This document shows, piece by piece, positions 13,385 through 27,194 of a DNA stretch of 64,000 bases (position 1 is the first letter of the stretch; every line of letters begins with the position of its first letter). The notes below the pieces were generated by a model that made no database searches, was not told the origin of the DNA, and saw only the letters and a program-made list of their open reading frames with translations. The DNA comes from Felis catus. Taxonomy: Eukaryota. Location: contig NC_058368.1 in assembly GCF_018350175.1 (NCBI RefSeq), positions 7,812,001-7,876,000 of the forward strand, given 5' to 3'. The translations under genes were made by a program, and so were the position numbers.

Positions 13385-16300
13385 TGCTTATATTCCATTT
13401 TATTCATGTTACCTCACATAGTATTATTTAAAAATTGGTTATACATTTTAATCTCTTCTATAGAGAAGGAGGGAGTTTGAGGTTTGCTCAATTGCATGCT
13501 TTCCTAATTTTGGGAAATTATGACTGTCTTGTTCTTGGAATTGTGACTCCTTTTGGAGGAGAGGTATATTGTGTGGCTTGTGTGCATTTTGTATGTTGCA
13601 AATTTGTGGATTGGACATTTTATCTGTTCCCGCAGGAAGACTGAGGGCTGTCTCAGGATGTTGTGAAATCAGGTTAGAGGTGTAGTGGGTCTTCATCATT
13701 TCACTAACAAAAATCAGATTTATAGTCTTTTTTTTTGTCTACCTAATCTCCCTGATGAGAGCGCTCTCAAGTGTTCTGACTGTATTTGTATAAAAAGAAT
13801 AAATTTGTAATTTAAAACTTTTATCCCGTGAAAAGTAATTCACTTCTAATTTTGTGGCATTAAAACTTGGTAAAATAAATAACACATTTTACCAGTTTTT
13901 TAAGTTTTGAGAAATTGACACTTGGGAGTTTTGACTTGAGCCATTAATACTAAAAAAAGCTACTAATTAAAATTGTGTGAAAATTAGCTTGAGTCAGTGT
14001 TAGTCTTTTAAAGATGAACTGAGGATGTGTATGGACACTTCCCAGGGCGTTTTTAAAAAATATGTGACCGAGACTCACCCTAAACCTGCCATTCCGGTTT
14101 CTCACTCAGATCCTCCCTCCCTCTCCCTTCTCATTTTGCACATGTCTGTTTTTAGACAGCCTGTCTGGCAATTCTCATGTCTCTTCCTGGTTAGGAATCA
14201 GTGCTTTAGGGGGTTAGGGACAGTGGAGAAATGCTAGTCTTTTTACCAGGAGGTAGAGCAGGAGGACTTTTTCCTCCTTCAGATACTTTGAGTCACATAA
14301 CATTTATGATTAAAATAACATTGTCTTAAAATTTTCTGTTTTTGGAAATTGGGTGTGACTGTTATGGAGGTATTATCTGTGTACATGTGAATTTATACTT
14401 CTTATAATGTTGTAAAACGTTATAGGTAGCCAGGATCCTAAACTGCTTAATTCATTTCTCCAGCTTCATTTTCCTCTTAAGCTAGCTAAGCCATTTCAGA
14501 CTCTCTTAATTACTTTAGAAGAATACCCGCTTACTTCTCTTGAACTTCAGTTCATTTCAGAATTTATTGATTCTTCTGCTTATCCTGCATTCTGTTGGCG
14601 GAGTTCAGGCTTACAGGAAGTTGGGGAAATCTATCATCGTGTTCTGAAAGATGCTTGAGTACGAAGCTTAGCATGCGTCTGTGCTCTCTTCCTTTCACTC
14701 TCCACGGCCAGTCAGTTCGACTCGCATATGCTATCTCTCGTATATACTGCCTCCATCCTTGGACCAGGCCATCACCGCCTCTTTGGTGTTTGAGTTAAAC
14801 AGCCTAATTGGTCTGTCCCTGCAGTTCATTTCTCATTTAAAAGTAAAAGTAATCTTAAATATAAATGAGGTCACGTCTCATTGTCAGTAGAATAAAATCC
14901 CAGCTCCTTACTATGGCTTACATAATTTGCATGTTGTGCGCTTCTCTAAATGTCCCCCTTTCTCCTCTCCCCAGTGTGTAACCCGTTCCAGCCTTGCTGG
15001 TCTTCACGTACCTCAGGCTCTTTTTGGCTCAGACTCTTTGCATATGTTGCTTCCTCCACCTGTTTTTTCTGGGGCTGGTTCTTTTCTTCTCTTAGGTGTC
15101 AGCTAAAATGGCACAAAAAAGGCCTTTGACTAATGTAAACAAAGTTTCCCACCATTATTTTCCATCTTGTCCTATTTCCTTGTTTGTCAGGACTCATTAC
15201 AATTTGAAGTTTTGCTTTTGTTTGAATTAGGATGAGTGGTCCTCTTTTATGGCCATTGGAACATAAACTCCCTTGTGGCAGGAACAATGTTTAGATGCTA
15301 AGTGAATATTTTAAAAATGAAAACAATGGAAGATTACCATTTAAAGACTACTGCTTTCTTTTCTGGTTAAATAAGCCTCATCCTTTTAACTCTACCTCAT
15401 GGAGGCAGGATCTCTGTTATAAAGAGAGAATATGTTTGAGAATCTGTATTTGAGTATGTATTTGCGTGTGGTCAGCTTTTTTGCCCCATCTCTGTGCCCC
15501 TGCGTTGGCCTTACTCTGCCGGGGATGCTTTTCAGTTTCTTGAGGTCTTGCCTATTTTTAACTGATCAGGTCAAATGCCTCTTTTTTCCCCAAAGCCATT
15601 TCTACTTCTCTGGTCATTACGAAAATATACCATCCCTGTGCTTCTCGAGTGTTTGAGTATCTCATAATATACTTAAAAAATTCTGTCTATGTTTTATATA
15701 TGTTTTCTCCACTCAAGTTGAATGCTTCTGGAGGCCTTTTTAACATTTTATCCATTATTGTGATCACACATGGAGACCTGGAGTAAATTTTAAAATTGGA
15801 AAATTTTGAGCACGTTAATGGGCTTATGACAGTGTGTGTGAGCTTCTTGAGATCGAGACTGGGTCTTATTTCTTGAATTTCTGAAACCTTGCTCATTGCT
15901 CAGTCTCATGCAGTGTTTCCAGTAAGTGTTTCATATGTAGTTACAGATGAATCTGTGGTGCTTTCAAAGTACAGCCTTCCCTGTCCCCATCTGAGACCTA
16001 CTGAATCAGAAACTCCACATCTGGAGTTTTTAGAGATGTCACAGGAGATTCTGACATCTACCTTTTTACTCCTAAAGAAAAAAAAGCTCAAAATGCCAGA
16101 AATTTGAAGAAAGGTGAGATTCTATCTGGTTTGAACGAAAGTGTTCAGAAAAGAAAGGTTCATGGGAAATATTTGAGATGGGTTTAAAAAAATTTTTTTT
16201 TAATGTTTGTTTATTTTTGAGACAGAGACGGAGCATGAGGAGGGAAGGGGCAGAGAGAGAGAGGGCTCTGAAGCAGGCTCCAGGCTCTGAGCTATCAGCC

Positions 16301-18402
16301 CGGAGCCCGACGCGGGGCTCGAACTCACGAACTGCAACACCACTACCTGAGCTGAAGTCGGGCGCTCAACCGAGTGAGCCCCCTAGGCGCCCCAGAGATG
16401 GGTTTTAAAAGATGGATATGATTGCTGTAAACATTTTAAACACAGCTGAGAATCTGTGAAGTTTTTTTGTTTGTTTTTCCCTGTTTGTTTCAACCAGTTG
16501 AGTAGCATAATCTAGAAATGCTCTGACGTTAGTGAACTTTCAAAAAGTACTTCAGTCTGATAGGTAAAGACTGAATAGATGTGAAGAAAATCTCAGGTGT
16601 GATGTTGAAGCATAGCCTTGGAGCAGGCTTCTGTTGGCATTAAGGCATCACCCTGAAATTCTGATTGTGAGGAAGTCCATGGAGTTTCCTTGGAGAGGCT
16701 AAGTTAGGGTCTCTAGGCCAGGGTGTTTTTGTTTTTAAATAGTTGGCACTTTGTTTTCTTAAAACAAGCTGTGCGTCCAAGCAGTGTGTTGGTACCTGTT
16801 GGTGCTGGTGTGCAGCGATTCCACAGGACCTTTTAAACTACTATCATTAGGGGCGCCTGGGTGGCGCAGTCGGTTAAGCGTCCGACTTCGGCCAGTTCAC
16901 GATCTCACGGTCCGTGAGTTCGAGCCCCGCGTCAGGCTCTGGGCTGATGGCTCAGAGCCTGGAGCCTGTTTCCGATTCTGTGTCTCCCTCTCTCTCTGCC
17001 CCTCCCCCGTTCATGCTCTGTCTCTCTCTGTCCCAAAAATAAATAAACGTTGAAAAAAAAAATATTTTAAACTACTATCATTAGATGTTGTGGATAATTC
17101 TTGGTCTCCACCTTAGGCTCTTAGTCACTGCTTTTGTTATGCAGAGTTTCTCTTTCACTTATCTTTCCAAAGAAATATCTTTGGAGTCTGCCATTTGTGT
17201 AATGCCTGTGATGTGAGATTTCATCTTGAAATATCAGAAGAGTAGGATTTCATTTGAAGATTAAAATTGCTAGGCAAGGGGTGCCTGGCTGTCTCAGTTG
17301 AGCATGTGGCTCTTGATTTCAAGGTCATGAGTTCGAGCCCCACGTTGGGTGTAGAGATTACTGAAAATCTTTAAAAATATAAAATTACTAGGCAAGTGGA
17401 AAAGGTCAGATTGGGCAGGAATTTAGAAAAATTAATGAAAAATGGCATTGAGGTAGATCAATTTTCCATATATTTAAAATACCTGGTAACACTCTCTTAA
17501 AATCTTTACCAATTTTGTTTGCCATTAGCACTCCCAACTTTGACACATTGTTTTTTGAGGGTTGTCAGAATGTGGGGAGAGGAGCCCAGTAGGAGGTAAG
17601 ACTGGGAAGGTGATTTGGAGTACAGACAGCGGGAACTAGCGACTCAGCAGGCATCAAAAACTTAAGTCTTAATTACCATTTCTGCCCCCAGGGCGCCTGT
17701 GAATCTAGAATACCAAACCTTAATTAGAACTTAGAACAGTGGTTTTCAAACCTTGTTTTAAAGCAGCAGAATGCTTGGGAAGTCTATATACCATCTCCAA
17801 ACCAAAAATTATTAAAGTGATAACACTGGCTTTCCAGAGTCTGGTGTTTTTTGTTTTTTTTGTTTTTTAAGTTTTTTTTTTTAAATGTTTTATTTATTTT
17901 TGAGAGAGAGAGAGAAACAGACCATGAGTGGGGGAAGGGCAGAGAGAGAGGGAGATACATAATCAGAGGCAGCCTCCATCCAGGCCCTGAGCTGTCAGCA
18001 CAGAGCGCCACGTGGGGCTGGATCTCACAAACCGTGAGATCTTGACCTGAGCCGAAATCGGACGCTTAACCGACTGAGCCACCCAGGCGCCCCTCCAGGG
18101 TCTGGGTTTTAAAATGTATTCATGAAGTTCTTCGGTGAGAATAACAAGTCTGTGTGGTACTTGGTTGAACACAATAGCTTGAAATTGGTGAGTGAAGGAA
18201 TAATTACTCTTCTTACCTTAATCTCCTTTTCTATATTTTTTAATTCTATATTTTATTATTCTATATTTTATTTATTTTATATATTTTATTATATATTTTA
18301 ATATATATTTATATATCTTATTTATTTTATATTTAATTTATTCTATATTTTAATTTTAATAAAGATTACTGCAGAATCACTACCTTCCTAATAAAAAATC
18401 CA

Positions 18403-18450
<48 letters not shown>

Positions 18451-19776
18451 GAGAGAGAGAAAGGTGACAGGAGAGGCTTTATTCTGGAGTCTCCATGAAG
18501 ATGTTGTAACCCAACACAAATTAAGTATATTGGTGATAATCTCTAGTATGTTAAAAAATGAATGCACACTATTTGGACCTGCATTTGTGATTTTATTATC
18601 GATTTAATAAATACTGAAAAAAATAGATGAAAGAATTTCAAATCAAAATTTGCACAACCCTGGAGCTTCTCTTGGAAGCCTAGGGTTTTACTTGATGAAG
18701 GTGATTTGAAAACCACCGGCCCAGAAGGCCTGATTTCTCGATAGGCGAAAACTTAACACGTACATACTTAAGGAAGGTGGGAGGGTTGGAACTTTACTCG
18801 GCTGAGATTCCTCATCTGAACCACAGAATACAGAAAATGATTTGAGTGACTGTTTTGTGCATTCTCCCAAGGACAGTATACAACAGGTACTGTTCATGAT
18901 GTGCAATGAGTGTTTTAGCTCGTTAGGGCTTAACTCTTCTCTGAGAAAGGCTGGGAAAGCGAGGAATCAGTAAGACGTTAATGCCAAACCAAAGCAAAAA
19001 AAAAAAAACCCCACAAATTACCAAAGTGTCAGATGCTTGTATGTGAATGAGCACCATTTTGAGGACTGTAGTTAACTACCAGTTTTGTCCTCCATACATC
19101 TGAGTTCTCAGGTACTGAGATTCTTGGTTGAGAATCAAGAATTTTCACACTACAACTTGGAAATGACCAGGGAAATTTGTTTATTTGAATTTTTCCCCAT
19201 ACTTGAATAAATAACGGAATAATACATTTTAAAAAATGAAAAGTTTTATCTGTCACCTTCATGATTCTTTCTGGAGACAGTCTTGACTAACATTTGTTTT
19301 ACGAGAATCTTTTAATCTAATTCATGTGAAAGGACAAAATGACATTTCTGTGTTCTGAAATTAGCTTGAGCTCTCTGGCTGCCTTTCTAAACTGAGTATT
19401 TTCCCTCCCACTTCCATAATAGCATACTATTTGTAGACAAAACCCCTGACTCCTGAAGTGGAAAGGCCCCCTGGGTTTGTTGTGGTATATCTTGAAGCGC
19501 AAAAGCTGTGCGTGTTGATTTTTTGGTTTTAGAAATAATAGGGCAACCCACTATTACAAGTCTTGAGACAGAACATGTTACTCTTTTTATCTTTTGATTC
19601 AGAATATTTTCTCTAACTAGTGACTGAGGATCTTGCATTTAAGGAATTTTGTAACACTTCACTAGTTTTTTATGTATGTCATTAAGCAAAGCTGCCCTAA
19701 GACATGTAGACTACTTCTGGGTGGAGACATTTAATTTCTCCCCACTTCTCTCTCTCTGTCTCTGTGTCTCTCTCTG

Positions 19777-19860
<84 letters not shown>

Positions 19861-22800
19861 AGCAGCTCTTCAAAGATTAGAACAAAACAACAGCTTTGGC
19901 CCTTGGAATACTTTTCATTTATATACCCTGTAAATTTCTTCTTGAGTGAGAAACCCTATGGTTTGTGTGATAGCTGAGAAAATGTAAGCTTTTTAATCTA
20001 TTTAACATTCCTTTGCTGTAACTGAGTGAAAGCTTTAACCAAGACCTGCCTATGGCACATAGCTGCCTTCAGTTTATTGGCTACTCCTGTAGTTGAAAGG
20101 AAGTTGAACTATTTTTTGGACCCAATAAGTTGTCCTTTCCACTTGGGTGTTGAAAGAGCATATGAGCAGTAGCTGTTCTGATTTTTGTTGGTTGTTTTCT
20201 CTAGGGAACAAGCTACCCTCTGAGTCAGCACTGGACTTGAAGATAAATCCTACAATTCATGAAACTGACTGATTCGACTAAAGGATGGATAGTTTGGGCA
20301 GCGTTGGACAGCTCTATGAGGGGTCTGTTGGTTTAACTGAAGGGATTGTTGAGTTCAGCAACTTGTAATTCCCCTAATTATAAGGGGTTGCTGTTGTGAA
20401 AACAGGGTTTGTGAAGGAATCAGTTCTGGCAATTAACATCACTATCCTTATTGATTCCGTTTTTATTTGTCACCACACTTCATGGAACAATTTTTTAAAG
20501 TATAGAAATTTTACTGCTATTTGTTTCCAGCAAGAATTAGAACACCCTGCGAGGTCAGCATAGGATTTTGCTGAGTATGAATCCAAGTACCCTTTTTTCA
20601 CATGGGGTTATAAACATTTCTTTCAAGTAAACCTTTTGGCATTTGGCTGTTTCATTTTTGCAAAGGTAGTTTGCATTTGTGGCGTGAAACTAATAGGACT
20701 AAATTGACCTTAATTTGATTAGTGTATATTTTACTAGATCTGTGAATAATTACTATTTTGGTTTATGGTTAATATTGTGATATGCTTTGATAATTACCAA
20801 TTTTTACCTTAAAAAGTTAACAATGTTTTTTGGTATCAATCTGAGGAAATGGGAATGTTTGATTAAATGGGTTTTTGAATCTGAAACACTGAGGGACTTA
20901 AGCTACAGAAAGAAAATTTTTGTTTATCCTGATATTCTAGGCAGATGAATTAAGCAGGAATACTGTGGATTATCTTTTTGGAGGCTTTTAAAAACAGGAT
21001 GTGACACGTCATAGAGAATATTTTGGCCAAAGGTACATCTGTGTGGTAACACATACAATGTTATGGTTTAGGATTGCAAATACATTCATTTTATTTTAGC
21101 CATTGGAAAGTTAGTGTGATTTAAAATCTATAGAAGAGTGGGAATTTCAACTAGCCAGTATTTAAGTTGACTACTAAATATCTTTTATTATTTAGGCTAG
21201 AAGTGCAACTGAACATCTATCATGTCAGAGTTTGGAAAATTGGGCTATTGATGGTGAGCTTTTAAACAGTTCAATGTCAGGTTCATTAGTTGCAGGATTG
21301 TTTTGACCTTAACGCATGGTACTTTTAATTAAGAACATTTGTAGCCAGTTTTGATAACTATTTGCAAAGCTTAGTCTGATTGAATGATGAAATGATTCCA
21401 GGGAAAAAAGTAAAGTCTATTATCTTAGCTGTTACTTCTTAATCCTGTTGCTTTTTGGATGCTGGTTTGTTTTATTTTGTACAGTCTATTTGAAGATTAG
21501 ATCCACATTTTAAATATACGCATGCTTGTATGATGGTTGTCTCAGTTATATCTTGATTTGAAAGTTTTCTCACCTGAGTTTGTGGCTTAACGGTGATGGT
21601 AAAATGTTCCCAAATTAAAATTTGGTAAAATACTGACTATTTTTTTTACTTGATGGCAAGATCTTGAAGTATAGTTGCTGTTAGTCCCCTTGTTTGGCAG
21701 AAAAGTGACCAAAACTGTAATCTGGATTTACCATATTTCCCTGGATTCTAAGATGCCGTCTATTATAAAATGTATCCTGTCAGTTTAATAATAGGTTTTG
21801 GGGGGAGCAAAATTCATGTCACTAGATACATAAATTTTAAAACATCTTTAATAAAAGAACCCATACATCCACATTACTAGGATTCTTCAGAAACCCTGAA
21901 TTCTAATTTCGTCTTTAAATTCAAGGATCTTCTGAGTCACTCTTGTCTGTAGCAGTTACACATGGCTTCATGGTCACTTGTTTCTTTTCACAGTGCCTAA
22001 AGCTTTAGGACTGATGGTATAACTGAGGCCTATTCTAGAATTCCAGAAACTCTAACAGATAAATGGTTTTAATTGGTTGTACTCTGATCCCATCCTTTAG
22101 GATTTTATATTTGACAGAGTGGAAAATTGACAACTCTGCCTTTAATCACATTTTTTTTATGCTATAATTTTTCCTCCTAGGTTTATTACTTTTATATAGC
22201 CATTAGGGATTTAAATTTAGGTTAAATTCAACAGCTTGAGTGCTACACTGAGCTCTGTTAGCACGTGAGGGGCCTATATTCTAGTTCCATTTCTATGAAT
22301 ACTGAATTTATATGACTAAACAGGTCACCGAGTTACTCTGGGCCTTAGTCTTCTGATTTGTAAAAAGAGGGTGAAAGCTCCGTCTACTTCTGGCTTAAAA
22401 ATTGGAAGTGATAAAACATTCTCTTCAAACTATTGCTGCGTTCATGAAGTAGATTCTTATTTATCTTTAAAATTAAGTAGACAATTAAGTAGTTCTTAAT
22501 TATCTTAAAAAGATATTTATGAGTTTAAGGGTGACTCAGTGGGGTGATTATCACGAAGCAGAAATCGACCAGGGATTTTTCTAAATTTAGGATTTTTAAA
22601 TGTATAGATTTTTACTATAAGGCAAAATAGATGATGGATGATGACTTTGATATTTGTGCAAACAAGCTTATGCTCAAGGTCATTCAAAGTTTAAACTTAA
22701 AAGAAATTGATTTATTTTAGGTAAAGTTACTAATTATTCGGATAGCTTTTCTGTTTCCTAACTGGATCAAAAACTATGTCATGAGAAAAATTTTAGTTCA

Positions 22801-25800
22801 TATTACAAGGCATCACTTAGAGTGAGCTGTTTTCCCCTAAAACCATTCCTAACACCTTAATAGACTTCAGTTGATTGATACTATTTTCTCCACTCTTAAA
22901 ATTGCCTTTCAGTTTTTAAAAAGTTATTTCCTCTACTAAAGAGTTGAATCAGGGGCGCCTGGGTGGCGCAGTCGGTTAAGCGTCCGACTTCAGCCAGGTC
23001 ACGATCTCGCGGTCTGTGAGTTCGAGCCCCGCGTCGGGCTCTGGGCTGATGGCTCAGAGCCTGGAGCCTGTTTCTGATTCTGTGTCTCCCTCTCTCTCTG
23101 CCCCTCCCCCGTTCATGCTCTGTCTCTCTCTGTCCCAACAATAAATAAACGTTGAAAAAAAAAATTTAAAAAAATAAAAAAAAAAAGAGTTGAATCATAA
23201 TGTTATCTTTTTAAAAGCAGCATATATGCACTCTGTTATATGTATACATGTATCTTAACTATAAATACCTTTCAGGATTTAGGATGATTTCTTAGGATAC
23301 TTTGTAGAACTAGAATTTTTAGGATAAAGTCTGGGGATATGTGAATCGTTTTTAAGCTATTGAAATTGAAAGCAGCTGTTTTTAGGATGCATACACCAAA
23401 TCATAGCCTAGATGCTCCTCTGTAGGATTACTGAGTCCAACTCTTTTTGTTAGTTATTTACTAAGAATAAAGTGTTGTTTCATATTCTTCTAATGTTTAA
23501 ATAAGTAAACGTTTTGAATGGTTTCTATAATTTTAGCGTATTAGAAGCTAAAATATGGCTTAACTAATAATCTTACAAAGTCTTTTTTATTTAATGGTAG
23601 TAGCTTAAATCTTATATTAAGCCGTAACATTTAGTGTATATACTTAGATAGTTCAAATACTTGGAGATAGGAGCAGGGGAAGCATATAGGTTTAGCCCCT
23701 TGAGCTGCATTTAATTTTTTTTTTTTTTTTTTTTTGCTGCATTTCCTAGCCATGGAGTGTGCATCACTAATATGTCATCTTTTCTAAACATGTATGGATA
23801 AAATGTAGTGAAATTCACTGCCCTTGTCCTAGGGTTTGCCTTTTTTTTCTCCTGTTCCTTCCCTGCGGCAGAGGTTTAGATAAGAAAATATTTGCTCTTG
23901 TATTTTTCTGTACGTACTAGTACATACAAACTAGTGGATACTACCACTCCACTATAGAGCAGAATTATGAAAAAGTGGTGACTATGCTGGAGGCAGTTGA
24001 AGGTGTCTGTGCAGAAGTGAGTTACCATAGCAGGCTAAAGACTGCTATCCTTAAAAAAGTCTGCTTGCATGGTTGGCACTTGGCTGATGTCTGGGAACTT
24101 GGCGGTTGAGGAGTGTTCCCATTGTTCCCCAACTGATTGGGGTGGTTTACTGTGCCTAGACTCTTTGTGTGAACAGTTCGGTTTATGCTGCACACTTGCT
24201 TTCCTTCTGGGAGTTTGGAATTCTAGTATGTGTTAGGCAGAGGCTGCCTCTCATCAGTTCCCTATAAAAACCACGGGCACGGAGTCTCTGATGGACTTCT
24301 CTGAACACATAGATTGTACATGTGTTACTGGAGGAGTAGTGAGCTGTGTGAACCCTCCTGAGAGTAAGAGAGCCTAAGGAAACCTACACATGAATTCCTC
24401 TAGACTCCACCTGTGTGTCTCCTTGAGCTCTGGATGTGCATGCTTCTTACATTGCTGTGATAAATCTTCACCCTGAGTGCAACTATATGCCGAATCCTTT
24501 TGATTGAGTTCCAGTGAATTTCTGAACATGGGGGGTGGTCCTGGGGACCCCCAGTCAAGGATCTTTGTTTCTAAATTTATGGAGAAACTCTATTTTAAAG
24601 CAGTTTTATTTATATAGGAATTATTCCCTTATGGAGTGTTGAATGCATTTCTTATGGTATTCTGTAACTATTAACATTTTATTTCAGAAAGTTCTATTCA
24701 GTAGGAATCTGTCTTGCATACAGTATAGTTACTTAGAGTATATTGGGGATTTGTTTGACAAGTTGCAATTGCAAATAATTTGTTTGACAGGTTGCAAATT
24801 GCAGATCATCAAATTGCAAAAAAAACTCCATGATCTCCAAACTTTAATTGTTAAATGATTACAATTAAATACTTAAACTCACTTTCTTTTTCTGCTAAGA
24901 AAGAACAGCTAGTGATAGAAATGAACTAAGAAATAAAGTTTGTGTCTGAAACACTGGAAGAGCAAGAGGGAAGAAGTGTTCTGAACTTATTTTGGAGTTG
25001 ACCTTTTATACCCATCCTTTAAATCGTCAACAAAGTCAAAGAAAAAGAATGTATTGTTAGTATGTTTAAGACTCTGTTAAGAGTTTAGGAGTAAAAACTT
25101 AGTGTCTGTGTTTTGGGCTATATCTGCGTCATTTTATTTTGGGGGGGGTGTGATTGGGGAATTTGGTTAAGAAATGAATAAATTAAGGAATGTATTTTTA
25201 ATAGTGACTTTGTATTTTCTATTACTGGATATTATTAAATGAATTCCTTAGTGTGATTTTCTTTTGGATGAGGCCCCAAATAATGAGTCTGTTGTTAAGA
25301 AGATAATGCTTCTTCTATTTGCCTTCAAGTTCATCTGTTCAATATGAGATATATTTTGATAATTTCTAATCTAAACCATTCTCTACAGTGTAGTCATACA
25401 GGGTAATTTATTACTGGGGATTTAGTTTGGTTATTGGAACTTTGTTAAAATTATTAGTAAGCTAGGTTTACCCAGTTCCCTATTCAGTAGGAATCTACTG
25501 AATTAGTAGATTCTACTGATTAGTTTCCCTACATTGACCTGGAAAGACTAACGCTAGAATAATCAGACTGTTCTGTGAGAAGAGTGTCCTTCACCCCAAA
25601 TTCTTTCAAATTCCTTTCTTTCATAACGGTTTGTGGCTTGGTTTGTATTTGCTTTCAAATAGTGATGGTCAACATCTATGCCACTCGATAGCATAAACAT
25701 TTATTTTTCTCCTCCCAGCTTCTTGTATTATGCAGGTAATTTTGGTGATGGCATTCTCCATTTTCTGATTGTGGCTGTTGCTCTATTTAGCATCTTGGTT

Positions 25801-27138
25801 GTTGGTACCAAAAAGAGGAGACTTTAACCTCTCTATTTATTTTCGACGAATTTCTTGTGTTCTAAGAACGGTGCCATTACAAAGTGTAGTTAGCAATATA
25901 GAGAAGAGAGGATTAAGGCACAGTTCTTCCCTACAAAGACACAGTTTAAATTGTGTAGTACTTGGAACAAAATATAAAGTACAAAATGATGGGAATAATT
26001 ATAAAATATGGGTATCAAGAAAATTTTTTTATAGGATAAGAAGATTTTTCATAAGGCCAAATTGTAATTTACTATGAGGATGGGGGTTAGAGAATTTGGT
26101 GTTGGCAAGGAGGATTGTTGATTAATGTCCCAGAGGAGGAGGCAGCTTTAGAGACTTGGGGATACGTGAAGCAACATGGAGTTGAATCTTTCGGTGAATT
26201 GAAGAGAGGGGCTCCTGGGTGGCTCAGTCGGTTAAGGGTCTGACTTTGGCTCAGGTCATGATCTCATGGTTCGTGAGTTTGAGCCCTGCGTCGGACTCTG
26301 TGCTGACAGTTCAGAGCCTGGAGCCTGCTTAAGATTCTGTGTCCCCTTCTCTCTCTGCCCCTCTCTTATTCACGCTCTGTCTCTGTCTCTCAAAAATAAA
26401 TAAATGTTAAAAAAAAAAATAGATGAGGAGAATCATCATCATTATGTCTCCCTATCTATGAACATGGACTATCTCTCCATTTCTTTCCTTTCTCCAGGTC
26501 TCCTTTAACATCTTTCCACAAAGTTTTACTATTTTCTGCGTTTAGGTCTTAACATATATTTTGTTGGGTATTCTGAGACACTTTGTCGTATTATGATTGG
26601 TGTCTTTAAAAAATACAGTTTTTCTAATTGATCATTTTTAGTGTGTAGATAATGCATGTTTGTATGTTGGTTTGGTATTTCTAATATTTTATAGATTCTT
26701 ATATGTGGACAATTACTTGCAAATAATGATAGTTTTATCTCTTCCTTTGCAGTCTTTTTTTAAAATTAAAAAAATTTTTTTTTTATTTACATTCAAGTTA
26801 GCATATAGTGCAACAATGATTTCAGGAGTAGATTCCTTAATTCCCCTAGCCTCCCCTCGCACCCCACAACCCCTCCAGTAAACCTCTGTTAATTCTCCAT
26901 ATTTAAGAGTCTCTTTATGTTTTGTTCCCCTTCCTGTTTCTGTATTATTTTTGCTTCCCTTCCCTTGTGTTCATCTGTTTTGTGTCTTAAAGTCCTCATA
27001 TGAGTGAAGTCGTATGATATTTGTCTTTCTCTGACTGACTACTTTCGCTTAGCATAATACTCTCTAGTTCCATCCACATAGTTGCAAATGGCAAGATTTC
27101 ATTCTTTTTGATTGCCGAGTAATACTCCATTGTATGTA

Positions 27139-27194
<56 letters not shown>

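Noticed and set aside
17278..17380. tRNA gene (also at 47539)
   Set aside because: The A/B boxes belong to tRNA-derived SINE heads with A tails; no intact cloverleaf.
20284..20367. Short [30 protein letters not shown] as a micropeptide
   Set aside because: 27 codons with no evident promoter or homology; expected by chance. Revisit only if the 20205 exon proves real.
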